Part shown: positions 32,516 through 45,000 of the stretch, one piece after another
Layout of the letters: every line of letters begins with the position of its first letter
Position numbering within the stretch: the first letter of the stretch is position 1
Assembly (NCBI GenBank): GCA_019828565.1
Contig: JAHDYR010000003.1
Coordinates: 495,409 to 559,408 of the forward strand
Direction: 5' to 3'
Source of the DNA: Carpediemonas membranifera BICM
Taxonomy: Eukaryota; Protista; Fornicata
Length of the DNA stretch: 64,000 nucleotides
Made by a program: the position numbers and the translations under genes
The notes under the pieces: model-generated
Told to the model about the DNA's origin: nothing
What the model saw: only the letters and a program-made list of their open reading frames with translations
Databases searched by the model: none

Positions 32516-34295
32516 ATAGATGGATAATCGGAGTATGTATATAAAGGGTTCTTTATGTTTACACTATCTTCACCAATCTACAGTCAATTACGTCTATTGC
32601 GAGCGAAGAACAGCTTTCAGTAAGAAATTTGAGGCAACTGTCAGGTAATTCTTAGTAACGTCGTCGGCAATGACGTAATAGTCATCCATTTCAGTCAAGT
32701 GACTCAGCTTAACGCGCATTTGCTTGATTTCGGCGATAAACTCGGCCCGCTTCATTCGTTTGTCATAAAGTGCATTCCGGCCATATCACAAGTTTTCTTC
32801 ATCACAAGGCACGCACGGGGGTGTAAGCGGGACCGAGGCTACCACCACAGCCTCTTCTGAGCCGATGGATACCTTTTGTTGATTTGCCAGAATTGACCAA
32901 ACGACGAGGAATGCTTGATATGCCGCGTATGGATGATTTGAAGAAGAACTGAAGGTGAAAGACAAAGATCATAGAAATATACATCATGCGGCTCACTTTT
33001 TGGAGACATTGGAGGGAAATTAGCTTTTAGGATCGTTTTTCGTTTGCCAGGCAAAGTTTTGAGTGTTTTCTCGAGAATACTCGATGCCGTATGCAATCTT
33101 GCTGCTATTTGATGCAGAACAAAGGTTGTTATGTGACACAGATGTTCTCACTTGCTTTCGGCCTTCTTTGTTGGCGAGCAAAAGCAAACTTCTTTGGGAG
33201 CAATTCCCAAAAATCGCATCTTTACGCACCCAGGAAATTTTATCTCGGCATACTGGACCAGTGGGGGAGGCACGGCAGTCTATCCCGACCCTAGATGAAC
33301 CATGAGACAGTTTTTCGACGAGAGTTTGTGCGATGCCACTGACTTCGCGAGTGAAGGTCTTCAGCATGTTGTACGGATGTCTAAACGATGCCTTGTGCAA
33401 GTGCAAGGCGTAATACGCTGTAGTTTAATTGTTTGAGCGCGTTCATTTTTTCTTGCAATCGTCCTTTTTTCATGTATTCCGGGACTTATTCCGGGACTTA
33501 AAGTCCCGGTTAAAGTACCAGAAAAAACAGCATGGACTGACTCCCGCTACCATGACACACTCATCAAACACCAGACAGACGACTCTACCGTCTCCAAGCT
33601 GACCGTAGACAGCGACGGTCTTCGCCGCAAGGACGGCATCGTCGTCATCCCTACTTCAACCGTGTGCAGACCCCTCCGAAAGGAGCTGATACAGATCGCC
33701 CACAGAGGACACCACGGCGCCAAGGCTACCATCGAACGCCTGAGAGCAGACGGCTATACCTGGACAGGCTGCACAGCAGATGTCGAGGAGTTCATCGCCT
33801 CATGTGACGAGTGCCAGAAAGCTCGCCTACGCAACTTCGCCGAGGCAGAGCTCCGCACAACAGCAGTGTACAAACCGTTCCACACTGTCGCAGTGGATAC
33901 TATTGGTCCAATCCCGGCAGACGCAGTCGGCTCCAGATACATCACAGTTATGGTCGATATGTTTACTCGCTACACTGAGTTGGCCGCGACGGACGAGAAC
34001 ACAGCTGATGCAGCGTCAGAGGCCCTCTGGCGCCAGGTGATTACCCGTCATGGGACTCCCCTGTTCATCAAGTCCGACAACGGGCCTGAGTTCACCGGCA
34101 ACGTCGTCAAGGCCCTGCTCGAAAGCGCGGACATCACAAAGCAATTCACCCTCCCCTATCACCCTCAGTCGAATGGGCTGGTAGAGCGTCGTAACGCGGA
34201 GGTCATGAAGCATCTTCGCTGTTTGATCCTCCAATTCGACAAGTTCTCCCGTTGGAGCGATCTCCTTCCGGTAGTTCAGCTGCTGCTGAACACAA

Positions 34296-34420
34296 TGTGG
34301 CAGTGTGCCAATCAAATATTTTATTTGATTGGCGATTCGATCCGCCATTCCGGTCGACACTGTTGTGTCGACTTCTCTTTGACTAAAGCACCAAGTTGTT
34401 TTTCCGTCCTCTCGAGCACA
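34296..34420 (+). repeat. 5' LTR
   Basis: Matches 38628-38752. Confidence 0.97.
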
Positions 34421-34438
34421 GTATTAATACTCTCCATC

Positions 34439-37400
34439 ATGGTGTTGCCTACTCCCATAGAGCAGCCCAGTATCCCCTTGGCCGGTCTTTCCGCCGACTC
34501 CTGGCGGGCCGCCAAGCGCTCATTCAGAAAGTTCCAGGTATACTACCCCGAGGCCAAGATCTCCCTGTTTTTAGACGACGACCTCTACAACGCCCTCGAG
34601 CTCCAGTTCGATGCCGATCTGGACACGCTCACTGACGAAGAGGTGGGTCACCTCATCGAGCGTCTGATCGCTCCAAGAGACCTACTCTCACTCAAGGAAC
34701 GTCTCGATAAGATTGTCTGTGCCGTGGACGCAACGCACAAGAAGTCTAGAATCGTTCTAGTCCGAGACTATATCCACCGCTTCAACGAGGTTTTTAACCT
34801 GCACACCGTACTACAACGTGATGACGACAACGACTCCGACTCCGAATCCGACAGCAGCTCCGACAGCGACTACGAAGAAGCAGCCATCGTCCCTGTAAGG
34901 CACGTCGACGGTGATGCCCCTGATGACGACGATCCCGATCCTCAATCCCCCTCAGGCTTTCTGAAAGACTGTATGAGGATCTTCACCGACAACCTACGTC
35001 CGAAGCCCTTCAAGGAGGTCATGAAGTTCAAGAAGGCTGAACGCAAGCCCACCGCCATGGATGATCTCCAGCGCCTTGCTCTCCGCGTTGCCAAACGCGA
35101 CGACAACGCCCGCGAGGAGGCTCTCCGCTACGGCTACTACGCCCAGAGCTCCACTCCAGCCAACAATAACGGCAACACCGGGCCCTCGGGTGACAACACC
35201 CGGCAGCCGGCACGCCCCTGTCGCCACTGTCAGGGCAACCACTTCGACCGAGATTGCCCCTCTCGTCAGTCACGTGGTCCCCAGACACAGGTCAACTTCG
35301 CGAAAAGCCGCGGAGCCGACGCCCTTAAGGTGCCCGCCTCATGCGGCACGTCCCACTTCCAAGCCATCATTGACACGGGCGCAGCAATCTCATGCACGAG
35401 TGATCGTTACGCAAAGATATGGCAGCTCCCCCGCACCAGCATCGACCCCGTGTCGGTCACTCTCGCCGACGGCAGCTCAATCACCGTCAATCAGGCCGTA
35501 GATGCGCCCATCCTCTTCACAGGCCTCGCCGGATTCCCTGTCGCTGTCTCCGTCCGTTTCATCATCCTCCCTGGCCGCCAGTGTCCTCTAATCGGGTGCG
35601 ACACTCTCAGAGACCTCGGCGTTCTCACTTCAGACGGCCTATCGCTTGGGCTCACACACTCTACGCCAGCGGCTGACGACGTCGTCCTCCCAGTGTTCTC
35701 GGTGTCCGGATCAAGGCTACAGTCAGCCCTTGCAGACTACCGCTCGGGCTGGCAGTCAGTCCAAATACCCTCGGACGAGCTCCGCTCTCGCGTCGTGCCA
35801 CTTCTGCGAGAGTTCTCAGACATCTTCGAGCCGCTCGGTCCTGAACCGGCCAACGTTCCCCCATGGTCTTGCACGTCAAGGACGATACCCTCGTGCAGAT
35901 TAAGCCGCGCCGCCTCTCGCCTGATAACAGGAAGAAGACGAAGGAGATCGTAGCGGAGCTCGCCCAGAATGGCATCGTCACTCCCTCCAAAGGCCCTTTC
36001 GCCTCACCTATCGTCCTCGTCAAGCAGAAAGACAAGACACGCATGTGCGTCGACTACTCGGAGCTGAACAAGCACCTCGTGGAGGATCACTTCCCGCTAC
36101 CTAACATCAGAGAGTTTCTGATGTCCATGCGCGGCGCGAAGTGGTTCGCTGCTCTTGACCTCGTCAAGGGATATCACCAGCTTCCCCTCCACGAAGATTC
36201 ACAAGCCCTCTCCGCCTTTGTCACGCCAGACGACTACCTACAGTACACCCGCGTCCCGTTCGGCCTTGCCTCGGCGCCCTCGTACTTCCAGCGTACCATC
36301 CAGGCTGTCATAGCACCCGCCATTGCCACCGGCCGCTGCAAGGCGTACCTCGACGACATCCTCGAGGCCGCCCACTCAGATGACACGTTCATCGACGACC
36401 TGCGCACCATATTCATGGCCTTGCGGGAGCATAACCTCAAGCTCTCGCCCGCAAAATGCGTCATCGGCGCCTCCGAGGTCAGATCGGTCGGCTTTATCGT
36501 CGACCGAAATGGCATACATGTCGACCCCGACCGCATCCAGGCCATCGTCAGCCTCAGGCCCCCCGGGACCAGTCTGAGTTGAAGTCAATCCTCGGAAAGA
36601 TCAACTACATCGCACAGTTCCTGCCTGACGCCACCAAGTCACTCGCCACACTCAACCGGTCACTCAGAGCCGGCGAGTTCGTCTTCGGCGAGGAACAACT
36701 GACTGCTTTTGACGACATCAAGTCCCAGTTGGCGCTTCACATCAGCCTAACATACCCAGACCTCGATAGACCCTGGCACATTTACACCGACGCTTCATCA
36801 CTTGGCGAAGGAGGCGTGCTAATACAAGATGAGGAGGACGGTACTCGCTCAATTCTGGCCTGTTTCCAGAAGACCTACGACAAGACCATGTCGAATTGGT
36901 CAACATACGAACAAGAGTTGCATGCCGTGATCTCTGTCCTCACCAACAAGGTCTTCGAACCCCTCTTCCAGATCAAGTCTGACCTACATGTCCACACCGA
37001 CCATAGCAACCTCGTCCAACTCAGACGGAAGGCCCCGACTGTCAAAAAGCTTCTCCGCTGGGCCCTACGACTATCCGAGTTTCGCTTCACCATTCAGCAC
37101 GTCCGTGGCGTCGACAACGTCATTGCAGACGTCCTCTCCCGGATCCTCCCCGACGCGCCTGTAGTCAACGCTGTCGTCCAAGAGCCTCACTTCGACAAGT
37201 TCTCCGCCGTCCACAATGACGCGGTCGGACACTTCGGCGTCGACGAGTGCATTCGCCGTGTCAAAGCCGCCAAGACCACGTGGCCTGGCATGTACAAAGA
37301 CATCAGACGCTGGATCAAGGCCTGCCCCCACTGCCAGCTGCATGCCCCTGCCAGAGAGTGCCCCATCGCGTATCACCCATCCTCCTCGGACGCTCCTTTC

Positions 37401-38399
37401 CACAGAGTTCAGGTCGACACTCTTGGGCCCCTACCCACCACGCCGTCGGGAAACTCCTACATCATCTCGATCGTGGACACCTTCTCCAGGTACATCAGAC
37501 TGTTCCCAGCCACGTCCACTGACGCCCTCGCGGCCGCTCGCGCACTTTATGCTTACTGCGGTGCCTACGGCGTACCTCGCGAGATCCAGTCCGACAACGG
37601 CTCGCAGTTCACAGCGAAGCTAATAGATGAGCTTACATGCGCACTCTCGTTGAATCACCGCTTTTCCGCCCCTTACAGCCCACAGTCCAACGGCATTGTG
37701 GAAAGGTACAACTTCGAGATCGAAAAGATCATCAAGCCCGCTACGATGCAACCCTGGGACGAACATCTGCCCTCTGTCGAGCTTATCCTCAATTCCAAGC
37801 AGGTTTCGTCCACCAAGGCCTCTCCTCTGGACATCCTCTTCCCATTCACCGAAGGGAAGGCCGATCCTTCGCGCCTAAAGGCCGCCCGCGAAGCCCTCGC
37901 TCGCTACGCCGCCAAGAAGGCTGCAATTCCCACCAATGTGCCCCCCACGCACGAGCCCGGCTCTCTCGTACTCCTCCTTCGCCCGAAGTCCGCCAAGATC
38001 GAGGCAAACTGGCGCGGTCCGTTCAGATATCTGCGCCGCGGTGACCACACGTCGTCGTCGATCATCCAACACATCACGACCGATAAGACCATGGAAGTTT
38101 CCGACCGCCGCATCAAGGCCTGGACTGGCTCCACGGACCTCGACGAGCTCAAGACCCTAGTCGCCGAGCAAGAGGGGGAGTACGCCGTAGACCACATCGT
38201 CTCGGCCCGTCGTCCAGCCAGATCGAAGACCATATACCTCCTAGTCCACTGGGCCGGGTGCGAGTCAGCAGAGGATTCGGAGGTCACGCTCAACGCTGAG
38301 ACAGCCCAGATGGCCGCTCTCGACGACTTTCTCAACGTCAGCCCTTCATGGAGACAGCCAGTCGAGGCCGCCTGCCGCCGCAATGGCTGGCAACTCTAA
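34439..38399 (+). CDS. Gag-Pol (CCHC knuckle, protease, RT, RNase H, integrase, chromodomain); two apparent -1 shifts at C homopolymers
   Basis: CRHCQGNHFDRDC, IIDTGA, YLDD, TDAS/TDH, SDNG/NGIVER, YAVDHIV..YLLVHWAG. Confidence 0.95.
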
Positions 38400-38627
38400 G
38401 CTACTGTCAAGGCAGGACATTGGTTCAGCGTCCTGCCCAAACAAATAAACGATCCGTGCTAGTACAAGTTGTCTCTACTCTCCCACCCGTCAGAGCCTTG
38501 AGGGAAGGTGTGCCCGGCCAAGATGTCCGCCCGTGTCCTGCTGCAGGACCCGCTGTGCGCCTGTCGCCAGGCGGAAATGAGCTTTGACCGCTCTTGAAGG
38601 TCTCGGGCTCCGCCTCTGGGGAGGTAG

Positions 38628-38752
38628 TGTGGCAGTGTGCCAATCAAATATTTTATTTGATTGGCGATTCGATCCGCCATTCCGGTCGACACTGTTGTGT
38701 CGACTTCTCTTTGACTAAAGCACCAAGTTGTTTTTCCGTCCTCTCGAGCACA
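38628..38752 (+). repeat. 3' LTR
   Basis: Matches 34296-34420. Confidence 0.97.
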
Positions 38753-39017
38753 ACAACCACCTGCAGCGCCACTGGGGTCACACCCCACGCCATGCTGTAT
38801 GAAGACCAACTCGACCCCAGCTCCACAGTCGCTAGAATCCTCCGACCGAGCGACAATGACTCGCCCCTTGCCTCAGCCTCAGCCTACATCACTTTACTTC
38901 GAGCCCACCTCTCCAAGTTGACCTCTAGGGCGGCCGAGAAGCAGCGCGAGACTGTAGACAAGCGCCTCGCCAAGGCCAACGCCGACCGCCAGCCGACTAG
39001 CTTAACCTTACCTTACC

Positions 39018-39545
39018 TAGCTTGAGTGAGGGCAACGTTTCACCGCGGCCCTCACTTCATTGGGCTGTCCCGACCAGAATCCCATCTTCTTAGCGTTCGA
39101 AACTGAAGTGTTCTGTCTTTCATGGCGTCTGTGCGCGTAATCGATGATGAGGCGGCGCAATTCAGGAACCTCCGGGACAATGGGGACGTCGTTCCATCTC
39201 CAGACATCGTCTGGTCCCTTAATTGCTCCCTTCTGCTGCCATTCCTCCCATATCGTAGCCTCGTCCTTATTCTGTGCAGCCTTAATCTGCGCGAGAATGG
39301 ACGGCTCAATCGCTTCGACCGCGAAGCACTCCCTAGAGTGGGAGAGGTGGTCGGCGATGATGTTATCCTTTCCTGGAATGTGTTCTATTACGAAATCGTA
39401 GTCCTGAAGTTCTCAATGACCACCTCAGGAGCTTAGCGTTCATCTCCTTCCTCTTCTTGAGGTATTGGAGGTTCCGATGATCAGTTTGTACTGTTAAGTT
39501 CTTGTGTATCTTGAACAAGGGCGCAAAGTCCTCCCTCGTTAAGCA
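39018..39545 (-). mobile_element. Inverted fragment of a third gypsy pol (RNase H end plus integrase zinc finger)
   Basis: My translation of the minus strand: VQTDHRNL..LLRW / DFVIEHIPGKDNIIADHLS ... YAHRRH..FW..VKRCPH. Confidence 0.8.
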
Positions 39546-39734
39546 AGCAAGGATCGAGGAACGAGGAGGTCACGTATCAGGGCCCGAAGGTTGGTTCGCA
39601 ATGCAGTTTAACACTCAGATATGCTTACGAGCATCCCGGCATAGCCGGTGGCACGAGCGCGTAGCTCCATCCGTAGCTACAAGCGCCACATTGAGCCCAG
39701 GTAAGTCATGCTCTAACGAGCATTGGGGAGGCAG

Positions 39735-39865
39735 TGTGGTGTGACACCCAATATTTACATAGATTTATTATTGATACGATCAGTCAAAGGGTTTCTTGCC
39801 GACACCTATTGTGTCGACTCTTCCCTTGTTGTTTTGATAAGCTATAAAGTCTGCGTCAGACCACA
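39735..39865 (+). repeat. Single LTR of a related family (probably the 3' LTR of the outer element)
   Basis: Preceded by PPT GGGGAGGCAG; TGTGGT...ACCACA termini; shares the CGACAC-n-GTGTCG hairpin with the inner LTR. Confidence 0.75.
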
Positions 39866-40631
39866 GCGCTCCCTAGCGCCACTTAACTTCGAGCACGAAG
39901 CGGCGAGGCGCAGCCGAGCTTCGCGAGCCTGAGCGCAGCGAAGCAGGTGGGGGCTGTGGAGTGCGTCGGAGTCCTCCGTCGCTCCGTCCTGTGAGTCGTC
40001 AGAATTGCCAACAAGCGTTGATCGCGCTCTGCACGAGCTGGAATGCTCCACCATACATCAGGATTGTCTACTGAATGGGAGAGGCCCAAAGAAAGGCCCG
40101 GGAGGGAGCATCTTTTATTGCCAAATGACGACGGGAGGGACCATTTTTCGCCCTTTTTACAAGGACGCGGGTTCGAATCTTAAACTGCGAAATACGCAAG
40201 ATGATCAAGCATGCAACACGATCGAGCCAGTCTCCACAAAGGTACCGCGAAAGCGCGGGAATGGTGTTGAAAACAATATCAGTTTATGGTTGGGGGAGTA
40301 ATTGGTAGTTTTGTGCAGTTCGACCACGAAGGAGAGCTGTCGACAAATGCGTCATGACTTTGACAAAGTGCCCGACGCCTTACCGCCCCAAGCGTCAATG
40401 AATATGAAGAGAACCCTGCGAGCGGCGAGGCAGAGCCCAAGGGCCTGAAGAGCTCCGCAGCGGGAAGGCGTAGCCAAGGACAAACAAAAAAAATATGATT
40501 TACCCAGCATGGAACCCACTAAATTTCTGTTTCCACAAATATTAATAATAGGTCAACAATGATTCGACTTGCTCTCGTCGCTATTCGGCGCACTCACACG
40601 ACAAGCTGCGATGATCCGCGGGGCCTGACGC

Positions 40632-41549
40632 TCAGAGCCCGATAACTCCCGCGAGTCGCCGGAACACGCCGGACCCACCCCGGACATATCTACTCTTGAG
40701 AGCCCTCTCCACGCTCCAGCGCTCGTGTGCGGGGGAGAGCAATCCCCGCAACATCTCGGCCAGCGGGGAATCCTCAATATCGAGCAGGATGTCGTCAAGG
40801 TTGACTCGCTTGATCGACTCAATCAACTGATACACTGACGCGCCGTCGAACGGGAAGGCGCCCGTTGCGGCACACAGCAGGGAGAGGCCGACGCCCCAGG
40901 AGTCGATGAGTCGTGCTGAATGGTTGTCCAGCACAAAGCCTTCATACAGAGTCTCCGGACTCCTGAAGGCGACTGCCCCGAGCTGAGTGAGGTTTGACCT
41001 CCCGGCGACCCAGGCCGACCCGAAATCAATGAGCCGAACGCCGTCCGGGACCAGGAGGATGTTGTCCAGCTTGATATCGCAGTGGGCAACACCTTTGCTG
41101 TGGACCGCGGCCACTGTCCTGAGCAGGGACCGCGATACATGTCTATGGAGGCTGGCCGGTAGCCCTCTGTACTGGAATCGGTGCACCAGCGTCTGCAGTG
41201 ACGTGTTGCCGCAGTACTCGGAACAGATGAAGATCTGATCGTTCACGGACTCGACTTCTTCGAGTGTCGCGACGTTGGGGAGGGCCGAGAGCTTCCTCAG
41301 GGCGTCGACTTCGTTCACAGCAATGTCCAGTTGCTCATCGGAGCGGGAGGACATCAGATCGATCACCTTAACGGCACAAGGAGCTCTTTTCTCAACATGT
41401 TGCCCATGGTACACGTTTCCAAAGGATCCCTGCGCCAAAAGACGGGCAATATGTATTTTCCCGCCGACGAGGTGGCCAATGACGGGATCCTTCAACTCAG
41501 TATGATCCGTCTTGTCTGTGAACGCCATGAAGCTCTGAGCAGCGATCAT
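40632..41549 (-). CDS. Ser/Thr protein kinase (305 aa)
   Basis: AQGSFGNV, AVKVI, HCDIKLDN, DFG, SPE, DSWGVG. Confidence 0.92.
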   Translation of the reverse strand: MIAAQSFMAFTDKTDHTELKDPVIGHLVGGKIHIARLLAQGSFGNVYHGQHVEKRAPCAVKVIDLMSSRSDEQLDIAVNEVDALRKLSALPNVATLEEVESVNDQIFICSEYCGNTSLQTLVHRFQYRGLPASLHRHVSRSLLRTVAAVHSKGVAHCDIKLDNILLVPDGVRLIDFGSAWVAGRSNLTQLGAVAFRSPETLYEGFVLDNHSARLIDSWGVGLSLLCAATGAFPFDGASVYQLIESIKRVNLDDILLDIEDSPLAEMLRGLLSPAHERWSVERALKSRYVRGGSGVFRRLAGVIGL

Positions 41550-42009
41550 GCCAGCTGAATATGGCAGGAGCGGCCTTGGTCTTCGGCGAGCTGGTTGAAG
41601 ATACGCCGATCGATGTTAAACTTGAACGATCAGCAGCGAATCAGCGTGAGTTTTATGTCCAATCAGCCGACACAAGAGTTGAAGTCGTGCTACATAGCCT
41701 GCCATTGGGGGCAGGCCGACAGACCATCAAATTCTGGACGAATATGAATTAATTTGTCCAAAATTCAGTGAAAAGCACACACGCATGTGCAGCACAACTG
41801 GACGAGCGCACAGGGGCCACGTTACCCCGAGGTTCCTGTCGCATCTGGTGTGGATCTCTCCTTCCATCTCGACTCCAATCAGACAAAATCGGAGTATTAA
41901 AGCCAGTCAGCAGGGTTCACAGCTGGCGACGGTGTACATCGCTCCCCCCCAGACCTTATGGCGATTTATGAATTTACTCGATTGTATGTAAACATGTACA
42001 TACCATTAT

Positions 42010-45000
42010 TCAGCCATTGCGGGGCGCCGAAGCGCCTCCACGCTGACTCCGCTGGATGGCGGCGGTGGGAGGGGGTGGGGGGAGATGTGGAGGATTGATC
42101 ACGGACGTGGCCAGATGGAGCAGGCGGTGTGCCTTGCGGAGCTCGAATGACTTCTTCAGTAGCCAGCCCATCAGTGCGATCGCGAGAACCGACCGAGCTC
42201 GGCGGTCAGTAAAGCATTCTGCGCCAGTGATCGTGCAGATTTCCTGTCCGATTTCAACCAGACTCCTGGCGGCTGACTCGATGTGGCTGCCGGTTGGAGT
42301 GAGTGCGACGACGATGACGTCAACATTGTAGTCGGCGTACTGGTCCTTCTTCTTCTGGATGAATGAGTCCGAGTCAGACTTGCCGACTGTGACCTCAATC
42401 ACTAGAGGACGGCCGTTCCGGAGCAGAGGCTCATTAATCAGGATATCTGCGCGTGCCTGCGTGATCTTACTTGCCTGATCAGCGATTGCTTGCGGAATAG
42501 GCCTGTTTGCTTTCTGCAGGCGTTCCATTTCGTCGTATGCAACCTTTGCTCGGTACTTCTCGTCCTTTAGGAGCCCATCATCAAGGGGTTCCTCATGAAG
42601 GACCTCTGTCGAGGTCGTGCTAAGCAGCTGTACGATTCCGTGTTTCACCAAGTCATGGCGGTGCAAAAGGTTCCTCTTCCGCTGAGGGAACCAGCGCTTC
42701 GCGCTACAGAGCATGGCATGGTCTTCCCACGTGCCTCTAGTTACACCTTTGCCGCAGAAGGGGCAGAAGAGTGCCGTGTTCCCGTCCTGGAGGCGCCGTG
42801 CCACTGGGCTGGGGAGCCCCGAGATCATGCCAACCCCGAGGACCGCCCTATAGGCTGCTATCACCGGTCGTGCTGTCGCGTACTGGTCGTCTACCGCCGT
42901 GTTGAGGCAGGCCGCCAGCAGCTCGCCGTACGGAATCCTCGACGTCCTGTGACGGGCGCGGTATATGTGCTCGGAGAAAACGCACTGCGGCCGGTCCGCC
43001 TTAGGCATCATGAGTTCCGGGTCCGAGCCTGCCATGTGGGGGATGGGCGGGACTGTGTCGCAGACAGGGGGTGTATCCAGGGCCGCCCATGCGTATGAGA
43101 TCACTCCTGGCGCCAAGGTATGCTGCCACCCAGTGGTCGAGTGGGTGCCTGAAGCCCCAGCCGTTGTCACTCGGCTTCTGCCACAGTGCATCTAACCTCG
43201 CGCTCTCCCAGCCGGCTGGGGAGTTCGCTATGACCCTCGCCACCTCGATGAGGCTGGCTTCTAACCTCTCAGCGATGGCTACATTCGGTGCGTTCGTCCT
43301 GAACATGAAATTCAGGTCCGCGCTGATGCATTTGCGGATGATGTGCAGACACATCCAGGACACCTGGTTTTTCGCGTGCCCCGTCGACTGCTCGATAATT
43401 CCACACAGCCAGCTGAGCTCGTCAATAACCTTCTCAGCCGTAACCTGCACCGCTGTAACGCGGCTCGTGGTCGGGCCGATGGTCACCCCGAGGTATTCCC
43501 ACGCATGTACGAATGGGTGTCCTGCGTCGTGTACGTCCGGGTGGGCGAGGATCACCGTCTTCGCCATATTCAGGCGGAGACCATACTTCGACGCGATGCG
43601 CGTGAGCGTGGCGATCTCAGCCGTGGCGTCGCCAGCCGTGCTGTGGATACTGGCGACATCATCCAGGTACGCAAAGCGTTCATTTGGAGCCGCCTCGGTG
43701 AGCTCGTCGAGTATGCAGCGCATGACGAAGGAGAACAGCAGCGGGCCAAGAGCGTCTCCTTGGATGGTCCCGCGTTTGACGTCCACCCACCGCGCGGTTG
43801 TGCCAGCCGCGCCGTATGTCTCGTAGTAGAGGCGCGGGTCGTCGTAGAACTGGTCGACAAAGTCAGTAAGGGCCGGCGCGTACTCATGAACCATGGCCTT
43901 CATCGTGTGACGGTTCGCTTCGTTGAAGGCGTTCGTGAAGTCCGCTATGACGATATACTTCCCAGCCCGGTATGCCTTGTCGACACGGTCGATCAGTTTC
44001 TCCACGTCGCTCCGGCCGCCCAGGCCATATTGTTCCGGCAGCCAGTCCGGCAGTGCCCCGGCCGGGTCGTCCCCGCTGTCGTCTGGCTTCAGGTGCCCGA
44101 GAGCAAGCTTAGCGAGGTATTTGCCTGCGATCACGTAGAACGGTTCGTTCACCCCTATTGGCCTCAGGCTACCGTTCGGCTTTTGGCAGCATCGAGAGGT
44201 ATGCCTGCGTCAACGGTCTGCAGGACGACTCACCCCTCACGATGCAGGAGACAATCTCGGTCATTGCGCTGACTACCGATTTGTTGGAGTCGGCTGGCCT
44301 CAGACGTCGGGCGTTCCTCCTCGTGTCGGTGGCGAGATGCCGGCCCAGGAGCTGTAAGATGTGTTTGTTCGACCATCCTGACAGTCCCGCCGCTTTGGTG
44401 CCGTCCAGGCCGGTCATGATCTCCTCGCATTCTCGGGTCGGCAGGTCCCTCGGTAGTGTGGGCGGTGGGCTGGCCCATTTCAGGGACTCCGCTCGAGCCA
44501 CCGTTGTGCGTGGGAGGGGTACGATCTCATCAGCACGGTCTGCCGGGAAGAGCCTGTGGACCTCCGCCACTATTTGGTCCTCCGACCATGCCGACTCATG
44601 GCGTGGTGCCAGAAGCTTCCGTGATTTTCCGACCTGTCCAAGCATGAAAGAGTCCACTGCCTTCTCAACCTGTCTCCTCTGCCGGGATGCGGCGGTGCGG
44701 GGGGTGGCAGGGATGTTGCGGATTACCCGTCTGATGGCATTTCGGAAGCCGACCGCAGCGAACTTCCCGCTGTGTGGCAGGCACCTGATGAGCACTGCGA
44801 CCGTCTCCATCGCGCGGTCGACGCCCTCCTGTGGGTGTCCCGCCATGAACGCTCTGAGCTGACTCAATTTCGAGGTGATGACTGCCCTGCTGTCTGCAGA
44901 CAGGTTCATGCTCCCGAGCATGCGTGCTCTACCCAGGGATCTCCCGGCCAGCGCTGTGCCTGCTGGTGCGAGCTCGCTGTGGGGGACGACACCGCGTGGT

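Larger units (their letters stand above)
34296..38752 (+). mobile_element. Complete compact Ty3/gypsy chromodomain LTR retrotransposon (4457 bp)
   Basis: Matching 125 bp TGT..ACA LTRs, ACAA target-site duplication (34292-34295, 38753-38756), PPT GGGGAGGTAG. Confidence 0.97.
33530..39000 (+). mobile_element. Outer Ty3/gypsy remnant (integrase only), interrupted by a younger element at 34296-38752
   Basis: HHCC zinc finger, VAVDTIGP, SDNG, NGLVER. Removing the insert restores LLLNTTTCSATGVTP. Confidence 0.9.

Noticed and set aside
1-33500. Polinton/Maverick, Helitron or giant-virus assignment
   Set aside because: No pPolB, capsid, packaging ATPase or HUH-helicase recognisable in the window.
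25502-33535. CATG at several junctions as a specific recombination site
   Set aside because: A 4-mer at only a few junctions; compatible with chance microhomology.
33662-35953. 763 aa integrase-gag fusion ORF
   Set aside because: Chance in-frame read-through from the outer integrase across the inserted LTR into gag.
35855-36575. Programmed frameshifts in gypsy pol
   Set aside because: Both lie in C homopolymers within pol, not at the gag/pol boundary; most likely sequencing indels.
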